From Catajapyx aquilonaris (lineage: Eukaryota), in NCBI GenBank assembly GCA_000934665.2, contig JYFJ02002657.1:1-53270 (forward strand): a stretch of 53,270 nt of DNA, in the 5' to 3' direction. The notes below the pieces were generated by a model, which saw only the letters and a program-made list of their open reading frames with translations, made no database searches and was not told the DNA's origin. Of this stretch, positions 1 to 13,864 are shown in pieces (position 1 is the first letter of the stretch; each line of letters begins with the position of its first letter). The translations under genes were made by a program, and so were the position numbers.

Positions 1-167
1 AGCTACATAGCTGACGCGTTTTGGTGTCGTCAGCCATTTTCATTCCAATATGGCGGCACAATATATGCACTTACCCCGGGTGTGCACTTCCCCCACTTCA
101 CCTTAATAATAATAATAATAACAACAACAATAAATAATAATTCATACCCCGTTATCAGCCGGCGGCT

Positions 168-212
168 CTTTAGGGGGGATATTTTTTGACTTTAGGGGGG
201 ATTTTTTTGACT
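168..212. repeat. Short tandem duplication (~22 bp x2)
   Basis: CTTTAGGGGGGATATTTTTTGA is followed by CTTTAGGGGGGATTTTTTTGA. Confidence 0.85.
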
Positions 213-253
213 GGAACTCTTCGTTTCGTATTACTGCGCTTTTTGGGATATGA

Positions 254-432
254 TAGGAAAGGAAGGAGGCGGCTGTGGCCTATTAGTTTAGGAAACAACT
301 CCGGAATTCTCCTGAAGGAACCGTGGGAAACCACAGAAAACCACGGTTAGAGTTGCCGGCACCGGGATTCGAACCCAGGACCTCCCGATTAGCAGTCGGA
401 TACCATATCCCCTCCGCCACCACTGCTTCGGT
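254..432 (-). mobile_element. tRNA-derived SINE, family A, copy 1 (may extend to ~150)
   Basis: Minus strand reads ACCGAAGCAGTGGTGGCGGAGGGG...CCGACTGCTAATCGGGAGGTCCTGGGTTCGAATCCC: A-box-like segment, anticodon-like stem-loop and B box GGTTCGAATCC, then a body with GTGGTTTTCTGTGGTTTCCCAC. A clear homologue lies at 34603-34767. Confidence 0.85.
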
Positions 433-877
433 CCCTGTAGATTATAGTGAAGTGCATTTTTACGTTGGAAAATGCGTAATCCTGGGATTATATCGTGTTG
501 TTCTATTACACTGATAAACCCACGTGTATTTGGAATCCCCAAAACCAACCGATTCCAAAGTTTTCTGTGCCAAAACAATCCGATCGTTGTTTCATTGCTT
601 TGATGTGCATAATACACGCCATTCAGTGAAAGTCAAAAGTTCATCAGTGAATACGAGAATCAATCAACTACATTCCCTTTCTCGTGTTATGTAACATGTG
701 AGATGTGAACTCCGCCAAACTGATAGGCTCTCATCGGGTTGAGCGTTGAGAGGCAATAAGTCAACTTTAATGGAAAACATTAAATCATTCGTCGAAAGGG
801 ATACATCGAATAGGAATTTAAGTGCATCAAAGCCGGAAGTAAGGAAAAAGGAAAACAGCTGGGTGTGAGCAAGCGAC

Positions 878-879
<2 letters not shown>

Positions 880-961
<82 letters not shown>
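880..961. repeat. (TAA)n microsatellite
   Basis: Perfect TAA run; explains the poly-Tyr ORF 780..1001. Confidence 0.99.
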
Positions 962-962
<1 letters not shown>

Positions 963-1220
963 CGACACGGTGGCGGAGTGGTTAGCACCGCAGCCTTCCA
1001 CCTCTAAGGTCCCGAGTTCGATCCCCTGATCGGACAGAGGATACTTATGTGGATCGAGTTTCGATGGGTTCTCTCCGTCTTCGCGTGGGTTTTCGCGGGG
1101 TTCTCCCGTTTCCTCCCACTATCAAAATCCATCATAGCAAAGGCAATGATTAAAGTCGGTTAATTAAAAAGATGATCCCCTAAAGAGCCCAAGGAGGCTT
1201 ATCACGGGGTATCAATTATA
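962..1220 (+). mobile_element. tRNA-derived SINE with V-domain core (V-SINE-like)
   Basis: A box TGGCGGAGTGG (971-981) and B box GAGTTCGATCCC (1014-1025), then TGTGGATCGAGTTT...GTTCTCTCCGTCTTCGCGTGGGTTTTCGCGGGGTTCTCCCGTTTCCTCCCAC, matching the V-SINE core (GTGGGTTTCCTCCGGGTGCTCCGGTTTCCTCCCAC). Ends in a (GAT)/(AAT)n tail. Confidence 0.85.
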
Positions 1221-1232
1221 ATGATGATGATG

Positions 1233-1291
<59 letters not shown>
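1220..1291. repeat. (GAT)n(AAT)n microsatellite, probable SINE tail
   Basis: Direct reading of the repeat immediately 3' of the V-SINE. Confidence 0.97.
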
Positions 1292-1293
<2 letters not shown>

Positions 1294-1359
1294 CACCACC
1301 ATTGGCCTGTGACATCTTAGTAATATTTTAAGACTTCTCCTGATGTAGGCTTACGTTAC

Positions 1360-1512
1360 TTTTATTTTGGGAAGAAACGGAAGAACCCCAAGAAAACACA
1401 ACCATGCAAATCCACATGAGGTGTGCTCCGGCCGACCCGGGAATCAATCGCGGTACCTCAGAGGTGGCATTGCTGTAGCTTGACACTCTGTGCAGCCCCA
1501 CTAACCAAGCCT
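1360..1512 (-). mobile_element. Degenerate V-SINE-like copy, opposite orientation
   Basis: Minus strand: decayed tRNA head (GCCACCTCTGAGGTACCGCGATTGATTCCCGG), then ATGTGGATTTGCATGG...TTTTCTTGGGGTTCTTCCGTTTCTTCCCA, a V-domain-like segment. Confidence 0.65.
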
Positions 1513-1768
1513 TAAATTCACATGATTTACAAGATAGTACTACTGACAAGTATGTTAATGTCCAAGAAAAGAAAGCCCACGTCTAGAAGAATATAAAAAT
1601 GATAATAAGGGTGTGGAATCTTAAAAAATGTCGGTCATATAATTTAGTTACTCAAGCTCCACATGCGAATCTGTATGTGCTATTCAAACATGAAATGGTT
1701 TGATTAAACCGATTTCATCACTATTTAGGTTCCCTCAGCCCTGAGCAATTGAATTTTCATTACAAATA

Positions 1769-1976
1769 CAGGGCGGTCCAACATCAAGTGTCGTTTTATA
1801 ACGGCGATTAATAGCAGTGATTTTGCGATGACGTAGCAGCGACGCGTAAAATGTCCCACTTCGTCGAATCTTCGGCGCCATCGAAGTGGGCAATTTTACA
1901 CGTCGCTGCTACGTCAATCGTAAAGCGCTTCTATTAATAGCCGTTATAAAACGACACTTAAAGTTGGTCCACCCTG
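1769..1976. mobile_element. Hairpin MITE with Tc1/mariner-type ends (TA|CAGGG...CCCTG|TA)
   Basis: About 95-bp inverted arms (e.g. AAGTGTCGTTTTATAACGGC / GCCGTTATAAAACGACACTT; GACGTAGCAGCGACG / CGTCGCTGCTACGTC), a short spacer, and TA on both sides. Confidence 0.9.
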
Positions 1977-2387
1977 TATTTCACTGTACTGCCATCAGTG
2001 TTCTCTTGGCCCACTCAAACTGTAGACAGATGTCAGCAATTTTAGGTCGTATTGGACTTGATTCCGCATTGTAATATACCTATCCTGTCTTATTGAAAGC
2101 TCATGTGAACATCATTTACTAGCTATTCCACCGTTTCTGTTACTATAGTATAATATAATTATGTAAAATGACATTTTTACTGTGCCATTGCTGACGAACA
2201 CTTTCATTTGTGTATTCCTTCTCCTTACCGACTTTCACATTTCTGCGTATGTCTTCTAAAGGAGCCTCTAATATATTGCTGACAATAATTATAACACTGA
2301 ACGTTTCGACCCCATTAGGAAGGTGATAACATGTATTAAGATATCAAGCTCCAACAACATGCGATATTTAAATGGGCCACATTTTAT

Positions 2388-2544
2388 TTAAATGAACAAT
2401 CCAGCCAGTATAATCATAACAGGTTCCAAAGTAAGAGATGCCTTATGGAGGACCGCTTTATAACCACGGCCAACTGGCTGACACTGTTTGGAATGTGAAC
2501 GGTCGGGGCTTCCTGTTTGAACGCTGCGATACAGCATATGGCAT
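2388..2544 (-). pseudogene. Decayed THAP-domain-like relic (probable DNA-transposon remnant)
   Basis: With several frameshifts reads MP.CCIA..SNR...FTF.......WL(K)AV......W......CS.H, resembling the THAP pattern C-x-x-x-C...FP...W...C..H. Confidence 0.35.
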
Positions 2545-5500
2545 ATGGTGGCTATTTGAGCAAGGAACAAACTTGGGTGCAGGTACTTCCGCCTTCATGT
2601 CAGTAACCACTCGGTAAAGGCAACGGATTTCTTAGAGTGAACAGACACGCCCCCCCGGGCGAACCAATGGGGTCGCTTGTACGACCGTGCGTCACAGTAA
2701 GGTTGTCAGGTGAAAATACATAAATGTAATTGACGGTGTGTTTTAAAAAGGAATTCGACCGATATCAATTATTTGGTTCTGACATAATTTATGAACACTA
2801 AAGCATTATTTGGAATAGCGTAATAGAAAAATTCAAATCAGCAACCTTGCCACATGGGGACTACTTTCAAGGCGAGAGACAAAAGAGCATCGGGATCCGT
2901 GCCCGCGTAATTTCGAAGCATTGTTCCGAATCCAAGGAAACGGTGTTCGAATCTCTTCTTTTCACTTCTTTTCGGCGCGCATAAGCACCATCGGAATAAG
3001 GTGTCCCTCTGGCGGAGGGATACATGTTGTCATGGTGCCAAAGTGGTGGGGGGGGAGAAGTTGGGGAGGAGGGAGGAGGGAGGAGAGAAGTTTGTTTGGG
3101 GGCGGGGCCATGGGCCCAGCAGTTCACTCTAAGAAATCCATTGCCTTTAACAGTGACCATCTCACGATAAGACAGTCAAATAATTCGTCGATAAGTCAGA
3201 TTGTCCAGATATCAACAAGACCCTTTCTTTTCACACCACCCAAGAACTTTTTGTATATGGCATCCTCTACGTTACACAATCGAGGGAGAGGGGCAGTCTT
3301 TCCAGAGGGTATGTATAACCTGACATGTGCTTCAAACTGGAAAGGAATAATGTAATTATTACACGGCGGGTTGCATAGGAATGTCCCACAAGTTTGGTGA
3401 AGCGGGGAGCAGCGGGTCCGGTTCCCAACCGCTGATGGTCGCACGGATATCCAGATGTGCTCAATGTCTCTTTTCTTTTTTATTATTATCCCCAGGAGAG
3501 GGGAGGGGTGGGGAAAGGAGGTGTGGGAGCGCACTCGGTTGAAAACTCCGGTGGGTCGCGGAAACCCCTATTTTATGCATCTTTGGAAATCGAAAATGGG
3601 AGGACGTCACAATGAGCTCTGCGACTCCGTGACTTTGACGCGAAATGCGGCGTTTAAAGGGATTTTCAGAGCAATATGAACGATGGTCTTATGCTACATG
3701 ATTAGTTCGTGTCTGAGTCGATATGTCCAAATTGAATTTGCTTCTCTCTGCCGAGACTGTGCTCTCGCGGGGAGGAAGCGGGCACTTATAAGTTAGCGTT
3801 CCCAAGTCACGTCCACGTAGGGTGTGTTAGGAGGAGTGATGTGACATGGCACATCGCAGGCAAACCATTGGGAGACACCTCTGCGGTTCACTTCCAACAA
3901 ACGCTTTTGTAGTAGGCGACAGAGAGATATATAATTATTGTTACCGACTTTTGATCATATCCAGAGCGAGGTAGAGTAGCTGAAGTGAAATAGGTTGAAT
4001 GCAGACGCCTGTATTTACAAGGGCTATACCGACGGTATGCCTCTACCGCGACTGTAGTCAAATTTGCGAGGCGTTATACTGCTTTTCCAATATCCTTCTA
4101 CTGTGATGGATATCTCCTTTGTGGCACTCTACGCCTGGAGTTTTTTCTAAGCAATATCTGAATACTGCTACCATCTTTTAACCTGTTCCAATCAATCACA
4201 TCGTTAAACACAATCTCGTGTATGTCAGAGGGTCGTCCGTAATTACGTCACGATGGGAGATACAGGAAGGTCTGGCCCAGAGTCACTGTGCGTAGCATAG
4301 AAGTAGGAAGGCACAAAAATGCCAAAAATTAATCTGACAATATAATATGCAGGAGTTCTTCCTATTGATCAAAAATATCATGGTGCAATATTGTCCTCAA
4401 GTAAATAAAACAGTCGGCATAATAAAGGAAGTGTCACAACCTGCTATTCGGAAGGTCCATGGTTCAATCCTGGTGCCTAAGTTTCCTTTTACTGATATTT
4501 CCTGCACATGTCTGGGTGATTATAAATAACAAGCCACATTAGCTTCAATTTGGCCCAGTCTTAATTTCCATACAGCAACAATAATGTAGGTTCTTCGCCT
4601 TCTGCAAATACCAAAACTGGTAAGTGATATTTGATTAATCAGAACATGTGAATGCCAGCCGAAAATGCAATATTTTATCAAGAAAATATTTAACACCAAA
4701 AGGCCATTAAAGATACTTTATATACTGTACTTACCAAATAATTTAAGTAAGAATATGTCAGGTTCAGTAATGATATAAGGAAGCATTTGTCAATAATGAG
4801 ATTGAACTTACTTTCGACACAGGAGTCCAATTAAACACGAGCTATTAGAAGCATCTTCCCTTGTTTACCAGCATTCTCGACGAAAGTATTCTATTGGATA
4901 AGGTTAGGAATCGGTTGGGGCTAGGAATATTGGTATTGGCTAAATCAAAGGCGGGTGTAGAGCGAGAATATCGACAGCACTTTTCACAGATACAATTGTC
5001 CACCGTTAGTGGTGACAATAACGTGCGGGATAAAGCACTACGAATAGGTAATAACGGGCTGTCAAATAGAACAGAATGAAGGGGGATAACGAAGTGTTCC
5101 TGTGACGTTATCGTGGGGGTCCAATGGTCTCTTTTCTTCTCCCCAGACTCTGTTGGAGGGGAATCGCATTGTCAGGCGATAACAATCTGAAGCGTGGAAG
5201 GCAAGGAGTCCTTTGTAGCCATGAAATGATCGCCCTAACACATTTCCAAGCCCATTCCATTCATGTTCACAGCTTCGCACAAGAAAATAAGGCTCGGCAA
5301 AAGCGACCCCTTCGTCCATTTTCGATTTCCTCCTGCCTCGCCAATCGCGTCTCCAGCCCAGAAAGAAGAAACCCGAAGTTTGCCACTGTTGGCACTGGTA
5401 GATCCTTGCTTCTGTAACATAACGTGGCCGGAATGACCAATGACTCTTCCTTCTTCATTTGGCTGCTACACTCATTTCTAGTTGCATTAGTACGGATCCC

Positions 5501-6550
5501 AAACGAAAGCACCATGCATCAAAACTTTACTTGGCCCCGAGGCTACCACGCGACGTCTAGCTAGGCTATATCACACTCATCTAATCACGTCTTCGATCAG
5601 GTGCCTGCAGGTTTGATCACCTTAACTGAAATATTTCATCAACATCCACATCTTTACAAACGCCCAAGGTGTTACTCCCAGTGATATCTATCATTGGGCA
5701 AGTCCACATGAATGCCTGGATAGAGCCCAATCACATTATGCAAGCCACAGCGGATATAAGGTATATCAAGATGGCACTTTGTAACATCCGTTCGACGCTA
5801 GCCCAAGAAATAACATACTACCAAATACTGATGTGGGCTTATACATAAGTTTTTATAGTTGCCATACAAAATAATGAAACCCACCCAGTCCAATGTTAGG
5901 GGTTTTCAGATATTCAGACCACTCAGAATTATTTTTAATGCTCTATAGCCAGGTGAAGTCCATTTAGACCTAAACATTCATAATGATCCAGAAACTGGTT
6001 TTTGGACTGTGTGTGTTTCACTTGTATGCCTGCGATATAATTATGATGATTTGGCTAAAATCGTTGCAACCAAAATCCTGTTTATTACAGGCATTAGTAG
6101 CACTAAGTTTTGGCCTGCTGTCACTTAGGGAACGAGTTTTGCTGGAATGGGAACAAATCTGAGGGCCGTGATGCTGGTGACGATGTTAGATTCAATGACA
6201 ACTGATGGAGCAGTTACTGGGACGGTGCCAAGATCGATTGTCATTTTACCTCCCCTTACCGCCTTCAAGTTCCCTATACCTCCCGTCCACCTGCAACATT
6301 CATAGGAGGGAAGAATTGCTTTCCGGGTTCAATCGAAATTCTCCAATTGTCCTCATTTCCATTCTATTTTTCCTGCACTCTAGCTCTGTCTTATTTATTT
6401 TTTCTCCCTCTCTTCCTTTTCAATAGACTGAATGCTAATCTTTGCCTTCTCGGAGTCTTTAGATTGCAATGTGGCGCCTTTTATGACTGCCTCTGTGTAT
6501 CGAGAATCTCCTGATTTATTCGTAATTTAAGAATGTTGACACAAGAGGCT

Positions 6551-6589
6551 GGGGAGGGGGGAGGGAGGGAGGGAGGGAGGGAGGGAGGA
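6551..6589. repeat. (GGGA)n G-rich simple repeat
   Basis: Direct reading. Confidence 0.9.
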
Positions 6590-7115
6590 GCACCTCGCCT
6601 AAAGAAGGGCAACAACTCTTGATCGAAATCCTCTTTCTATTGCCTCATTTCTGATGTATACACCGCCAGGAAATGGAAAATCTCGGCTAGAATGAGAGCG
6701 TATTCTAAAATGATGTCAAATATTTGCAGGTTTTTAGGACTTCCTTAGAGTGGCATAGGGTGCTGAAACCCGAGTGTATACCGGCGTAAGATAATGGTGT
6801 GCTCCGAATGTGACTGACATGCACGGCTAGTTGGTCCTAGCATGAACGACGAGGCCTGGGGGGGACTTGAGGCCTGGTGAATGGGTGGAGTCAGCCGCTA
6901 CTGTCCGCTGAACAATGCAGTGGAATAGGAAAGAGACGGTTTGGTGGCAGTGATGGTATAGGATGGGTGGCATGGGGCATTCTGACCACGTCTGCAGCCA
7001 CTCCAGGAAAGTGTTGGGGAGTAGACCCATCAAGGCATGCACAGGTGGGTTGGCATGGTGGCTGCTAGCCTAAATAGAAACCCAGGAAGTCGATCATGAT
7101 AGAATTGGTAGGGCG

Positions 7116-7117
<2 letters not shown>

Positions 7118-7163
<46 letters not shown>
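7118..7163. repeat. (GA)n microsatellite
   Basis: Direct reading; explains the RE/SL repeat ORFs. Confidence 0.99.
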
Positions 7164-7166
<3 letters not shown>

Positions 7167-8622
7167 AGTGGGAGGGGAGGGGATGGAACAGGATGTCCCA
7201 GGCAAATCTGCGGCGCCAACTACTCCCAATAGTATTGTGGGAGGTGTGGCGATGGGGATTATTGGCAAAAGGACACCTGAAAGTTGTTCCCTGGCGAGTC
7301 GGGTCGTTTTGCGGTGGATCGTGGAGTCCCAATAGTTACGCTGGCCGCAGCCTCTGAATGTGGTCTCGTTTGACCATTGCGCCCGGGCTCTGCTAACCTC
7401 CGTGGTACTGGTGGCTGACGGTAAATTAGTACATGATTACTTTTATGACAATGAAATGGCAGTAGGGGTGTGCGAAACTTTACAATTGAGAGCACTTTGG
7501 GAAACGTATAATAACCCATACCAACAATTCCATTACGCTCAAACCATTTGGTAATGCCCATTTCAATTTAAATAACCGACAGCCTTCGTTGGAATGATAT
7601 GATTCCAACGGTTAAGGACACCCATTTTCAATTAAAACAGGCAAACATTCAAGGTTGTAAATGCGGATGGGCATTGCATCAATGTTGTTTTATCGTGTGA
7701 CTAATGATTCATGGAACTGTTTATGGATGTCGAATTCTGACATGAAAACTCCCCAACTTCATCAAGAAGAAAAATGCAGTTAAAATGTCCCTAGTCGGCT
7801 CTGTTTTAACTGCATAAATTATGCTTTACTGTGTGACAAGGGCAATATTAACTAGTTGAACCCCGCAGTTCCTCTCAGTAAATACGGCCAGACCTATACA
7901 TGCGCTGGGAAAAGTTAACCAATAAGACACACCAACACACATTTGAAACAGCCTCACAGCAGGGATCCTTGCAATATTAATGCATGCAACCTCTAATTCG
8001 CGAGTGAATCTTTGCCACCGTGTTTATGAACCACAAGCCCTAATTCTCCTCACCTTGAGTGGATACCCTTGAGCTAACACATACCGGCCTATTTGGTCTA
8101 TTTGAATGCGCCTGAGGCCGTGAATAAATAAGAGGCTAGTACATCAGGTGCGTCTAGTGCAAGACCAGAATGCGTCAAGTGCACACTGGTTTCTAAATAA
8201 GATGAAAATAGCGCCAAGCCTCCTTAAATGTGGCCTATACGTGACTCTGCAAATTCTGAAACTTGCTGGGCTGGATCAGTAGTCATGCCGAAAGGAGCTG
8301 TTCAAAATGGAACAAGGCTGGCGGGCCCGAACAAAAGAGCTACAGCAGGCTACTACGGCTTTCAAGTCATCGATTTTCGAGCTTTGTACTCGCGAGAAGA
8401 AGGAAATAATTGCAGAGCTGGAGATCCCTGGGCTCCTAGATCGATCGCGGTAACTCACTTGCTCTCTTCTTTTGATGACAATTGCCCAAAATGAAATTTT
8501 TTATTATTTATCACGCCAGAAGAGCTGGATTTGGCTGAAGCACTGCTAGGTTCACACGCTGGTTGATCCCAACCTCACCAGATTGACAGGTGGGGATATG
8601 TTGAGATATCCCTTTCCCCTAT

Positions 8623-8645
8623 CCAACCAACCAACCAACCAACCA
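8623..8645. repeat. (CCAA)n microsatellite
   Basis: Direct reading. Confidence 0.9.
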
Positions 8646-9384
8646 CCCCCATCCGCCTCCCTCCCCACCATAAGACAATGGAGTTGGAATGATTCCGGAC
8701 TGGCGAGATGACTGGTCACACACTAGTCCCCCGAATCAAAGTCCGGGCTGTGGGTGTGGGGAAATCCGGAATGGGCTCCAGGATTAGCAGACCCAGCATG
8801 TTTAGCACGTTACGCACGAGCAAGCGCTTATTTCCTGGTGCGTCTCAAGGATTACAGCACCGGCAGTTGCTCAACTTAACTCGCTAATTGTCACGTGCGG
8901 TTTAGTCCTCTGGACCCTCCCAAAACTTGTAGTTAAGGGATCCTATTACAGTATATAACGTGAATCAAGCCCCGCCTGCAATGTTCGGTTCTAAACCACG
9001 TTTGCAATTTTTATTGGCATGTATGGGGGCGACACGATATTGTGGTGCCCGGGGAGAAATTGGCCCCGCTTTACTGCCAGCGTATATAAAAAGCAATCAC
9101 GACATTGAATAGCCCTTTTAGGCGCCCCACCCAAAGTAGAACTTGGGCCGCCCTCCAAATGCGCCAAAGTTGCCCAATAGCATATTAAACTCCCCTCTTG
9201 CTGTGTTGATATTCCACAGTGGCTTTCCCCACCCCCTGGCCCCACAATCTCTCCACCGGCTATACTACACTAGTAGTAAGAAGACAAAGTGATTTTCAGC
9301 GATGCTCACTCATTAAGGGGGGAAACCATTTCCCGCCAGAGTATTTGGCGTGCGAGTCGATTGAATTGCAAAGTTGAAGGGATA

Positions 9385-9422
9385 GGAGGAGGAGGAGGAG
9401 GAGGAGGAGGAGGAGGAGGAGG
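9385..9422. repeat. (GGA)n microsatellite
   Basis: Direct reading. Confidence 0.99.
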
Positions 9423-12400
9423 GAAAGAGTGAGGGCTATACATCCGTGCAACAAGGTCCCGCAAGGAACACTTAGAACTATCTAATGTCTTGCTTCAAGA
9501 GTGCACATTAGCAGCCAAAGGACAAGTCAGACTATTAACTGCCTGATTACTGGAACTGATAACTGACCTCAGATTGTCGAATCCAATCGTTAGGGAAAAC
9601 CTAAGGGTAAGCCATTTCTGCTCCTGTCAGCCAAGTAGAACGAGATAATCATAATATACTGGCGTACAAGGAACTGTATTGATTTCTGGTCAAACTCCGG
9701 ATATATTTGGCTTCATATTGGTTCAGAGGTTGAATTATTGGAACTGACCCGAAAATTCCCTTTAGGTTATGCAACACTTCAGACCCGAGCACTAAACCTG
9801 GTTGTTTTTCTTCTCTCGCCTTCCCAATACCACCGCACACTTTATCATGGTCCGGACTTTCTCATTCTCACCAAAACGAAAGGGATGTCAAGAGTATAGA
9901 ATCGATCTCCGATTGGTTTTGATCGGGTCATCCGGTTACACAGGGTCAATATAGGTCAGATTTGAGTTTCTCATTTGTTTTGAAAGACGATAAAACAACC
10001 TTTTGTGTAACTGGACTTTGTTTCTGACAACTGGTGTCGCCTTGTAAGGAGAACCAGTTCACGAGTTGGAAAATAACGTCACCCGCACTGCGCCACTCTC
10101 AAAATAAATGTTTGGACATTAGCTTCGGATCGAATGCAATCTATTGAAAGGGCATATTCAACAGTCGGGATCTCATGAAGCACAGCGATTTTAATTATCA
10201 AACAAATTACAGAGGTACACAATGAATGCAGTACAATGATGTGTTTGCTCTAGCGGACTCGACAGCAAATGAAACTGAGCCTTGTTTTGCTTCAGGAGCG
10301 GCAAATTGTTTAGCCGCTCTCTGCTTGTTTGCATTTTACATGTGTGTTTTTCAACCAAGTACGTCATTCCGTTTATTATATTATTTCTATTGCTTTTGTT
10401 TTCGTTATTTTATTACAAACGTATCTGCATTGTAGCAGTCTTGAATGACTGCTTTTTTTCAAATAAGCGGGAAAAGCCAATTATGCCCCGATCGGGATCT
10501 AGCGCAAGATAAAGAAAGTCCGCCTTCTCCGAATGATTCTAAGGGCATGACAAAGGCGACGGAAGAGCTTTAGTCACTCCTTCTGAAGAACTGGCTTTGT
10601 GATGAGACACATCGGACAACAAAGCAGAGAAAGCAAGTGCCCCAATCCATCTCCAGCTTGCCGGCCGGATACACTCTCCATTCCTCACCAAAGAGAAGCT
10701 CCCACTCTCAAGATTTCACCAGAGAACTTCTGATATTCAGCAAGCGCTTATATTGTATTGCTTTAGAGAGTTCGTACATATACGGAAAATCCCTTACAAG
10801 AATGCTGATGCTGCTTTATCACTTATCGCCTAATTTGTATTAAACCAAAATTGCTGTTCATAGTGTAAAGAAATGCTTTACATATTATGGTTGTGTTAGA
10901 ACTAACAACCCTTATTAACAGCCTTACACAGTGTTATGGTACATCTAATTATGACTCATTACACTGCTGGCTCCTGTTGTGATGGGAGCAGACGGGAGAG
11001 AGCTCTGCCAAGTTCAGTTTGTCGTCTTCTATCTCCTGAACACTGGCATCCTTTTTGCCACCATTTTCTCTCTCACTTCCCTCCGGTTTCCACTGTACCG
11101 TAACTGAAGTTAACACAATGTACAGCGAATCCAGTCACAAGTTATTTCGACTCACCCACGCGGTACAGGTTCATCCTAGTCACGCCCAATTTCTCTTCAA
11201 ATAATTATAAATTTAATATTACAGCGACACAGAGCAGAAGCTGGCTCACGCTACTCTTACAAACCTAGGCCACTGGAATGTGCAAGAAATGGGCACCAAT
11301 ATTTGCTAACCGGGGGGAAAAGACCGAGGATTTTTCCAGCGAAGAGCAATTTTGGCCAAATGTTGGAATTATATTTTTATTGGTATGCTTGTATTCTTCT
11401 GGGCTCTTCTCTACCATCCCACATATAGGCAAAAGTGGTTCCACCCGACTGTCACAAAATGCAACTGATATAGTACATTTTCCGAACAGCCGCTGTAATA
11501 TATTACGTTTGCTGTGTGGCGATTTTCCGGGAGAGATTCGACTGCTTTGATTGACAGCCTGTCGGCCGCGACATGCACTGGGTCACACACTGGACAGTCC
11601 TTCCATCAACGCTCGGCATGCTTACCTATCGATCATGCATGAAAGTAGCTCCCGCTGTTCTACGGTTGCCTGTGATTTTGTCCAGGTCCACAATTTTCGA
11701 AGCCAACGTTCGTCTAACATGCGCCCATTCACAAAATGATGACGTCGCTAAAATATAGCCCTTCGTCCTAACGACTGCTGCATACTATCTGAGAATAGTC
11801 AAAGCTAATCAGATGAGAAGTACTCAGTATTGCTCTCTAAAACTGGTAATGATGACTTTGCAGTTACCACGAGGACAGGGAGTATTCTTAAGCTGGTCTC
11901 ATACCATGATACAAAGACAAAGACCGCTATGAGGACCAAACTTTATTGACTATTCGTTACCAAGTGCAGCAAGTGAGCAGTACTCTTTATAGGCAAAATA
12001 ATTAATGGCAGTTTGAGTTAACTTGCACAAACTACTCTGCGGAGCATATGCGCTTCGTCAATGGCGTAGTAAAGGTTTAAATATTGCATCACTCTGCGTA
12101 TAGAACTGCCAGTGAATAATATTGCTCTGTGAGTGATGTGTTACAAGGTCTCTTTCCATTATCATATACGCTGATGAAGTGATGATAATAACCAATCTTG
12201 CTAAAAGGCTACAGCGTAGAAATACAGGCAGTACTCGCTAGTGCTGTTATAAATAATTGCATTCTAACATAGGCAGTTTGCCTTCATAATCTTCAGATTA
12301 TAGAATTTTCCTAATTTCCGAGAATTACCATAACTTACTATGCATGTATGTATTGTACAGTATTGTATAGTACTGCATATATGTATTTTTTATACTCTGT

Positions 12401-13864
12401 TGGTGCCAGAAATTGGTACCAAGTTGTTTTCTTTCATTTTCTCCCATGCTGATTGGCGGGTTGTCGTTTGTCAAATCCTTGATTTCTAACCTGCCAGTCA
12501 GCGAACGTCATTCATGTTTGACACTCTTGTCCATTCGTCACCTCTTTCTTTTCCTTACTGAAGGAAACAAAGTTAATAACATGGGAAGAAGGAGGTGTAT
12601 AGTTCAACCGAAAGAGTGTCAGCTCTCAAAAATGGAAAGACTTGACAACTCGGATAATCAGAACTGCGGAAATCCCCACTCTTCACATCAAGAGCTCGAC
12701 TCTTACCACACGGCGGAAAATAACAGGAGGACTATAGGTAAGGAAAAAAGGAGAGTGGCGCATACAACTTTGAGTATTAGGAAAAGCAGACATTCCTCCC
12801 ATACAGACCGCAGTAGAGGAATTTCCGGACGACTCAAGCCTGGACTGCAAAAGAGCCCTTTTGCCGACGCGACGTAAACAGGTCTGAAGCTTATACCTTT
12901 GTTAAAAGGAAAAAAAGGGAGAAAAAGGAGGGCTTGATTTATCAGAACAACCCGGCGTCCCAAGTAGCTTTCATTAGGCATATACGGCATTCTCCGAGTA
13001 CAGTAGATGGGGCTGTTGCGAGCTCGACACGAGTGGAATACACCTCTTATCCCTTATTGAAAAACATTCCAAGGAGCTCTTACTCTTCCCTGAAGCGAAA
13101 CGAGTCGGAGAGGGTAAAGAGGTTGGGAAAGGGGTGGGGTGCCAAACGACGATCCCTGAATTTTTCTCATTACACTGCAACTTGAGGGTATGAAAAAGAA
13201 CTCCCTGAGGGAAATCGTCGATCTTGACGCTATTAACAATGCTCCCCAAGAGCTATCCACGATCGCGTCTTTTTTTTCATCCGGCATCCCACCCCTCTCC
13301 CCCTTCCATCAAGCCCCAAAAGCAGATATCGTCTATCATTGCGAGCCACCTCCTCCTTTTTTCCACCAGAAGATGTGTCTCGCTGGTATTGACTTTTGAT
13401 ATTGCTTCAATGCGCCAATGCCAGAAGCACATCTTCTCTTATATAGTCCACCGGAAAGGGAGACTCAAAGTAGCCCAGTTCAGACTCACTCCCATTCTGA
13501 TTGTTGTCTCTCAATTATTGGCCTGCTTGTTGGTCATTTCATTTTTTCCCTCTCCCCACCTGCAGGTAATCTGCCTAAACACGTAGAATCACATCAAGGC
13601 CATATTTATCCCATTAATTGAAGCGCAATTACACCGGTGCAGGACGTTATTAACCAGCTCATGAGCTTAAGTCGGCAATCCCCTCCGTGTACTAGGCCAG
13701 GTGTAGTGTAAAAACACTTGTCGCATTTTTATAATGAGATCGCAGCTGCATTAATGGATTAGACATGATTGCATTGTGAAAGACACAGGGACCTAATGGA
13801 ATGAGGAATTCACAAAGCGTTCTACGTATGATATCGCCAGTCTAAATGAACAAATACAAAGCTT

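Noticed and set aside
355..432. Functional tRNA gene
   Set aside because: The acceptor and D arms are degenerate, and the sequence runs into a repeat body shared with another copy, so it is a SINE head.
4229..4252. Harbinger-type MITE end (GGGTCGTCCGTAATTACGTCACG); a similar reversed end lies at ~16125-16149
   Set aside because: Solo, degenerate ends 12 kb apart with no evidence that they belong to one element.
7587..7610. 9-bp hairpin CGTTGGAAT / ATTCCAACG
   Set aside because: Short enough to arise by chance; no supporting structure.
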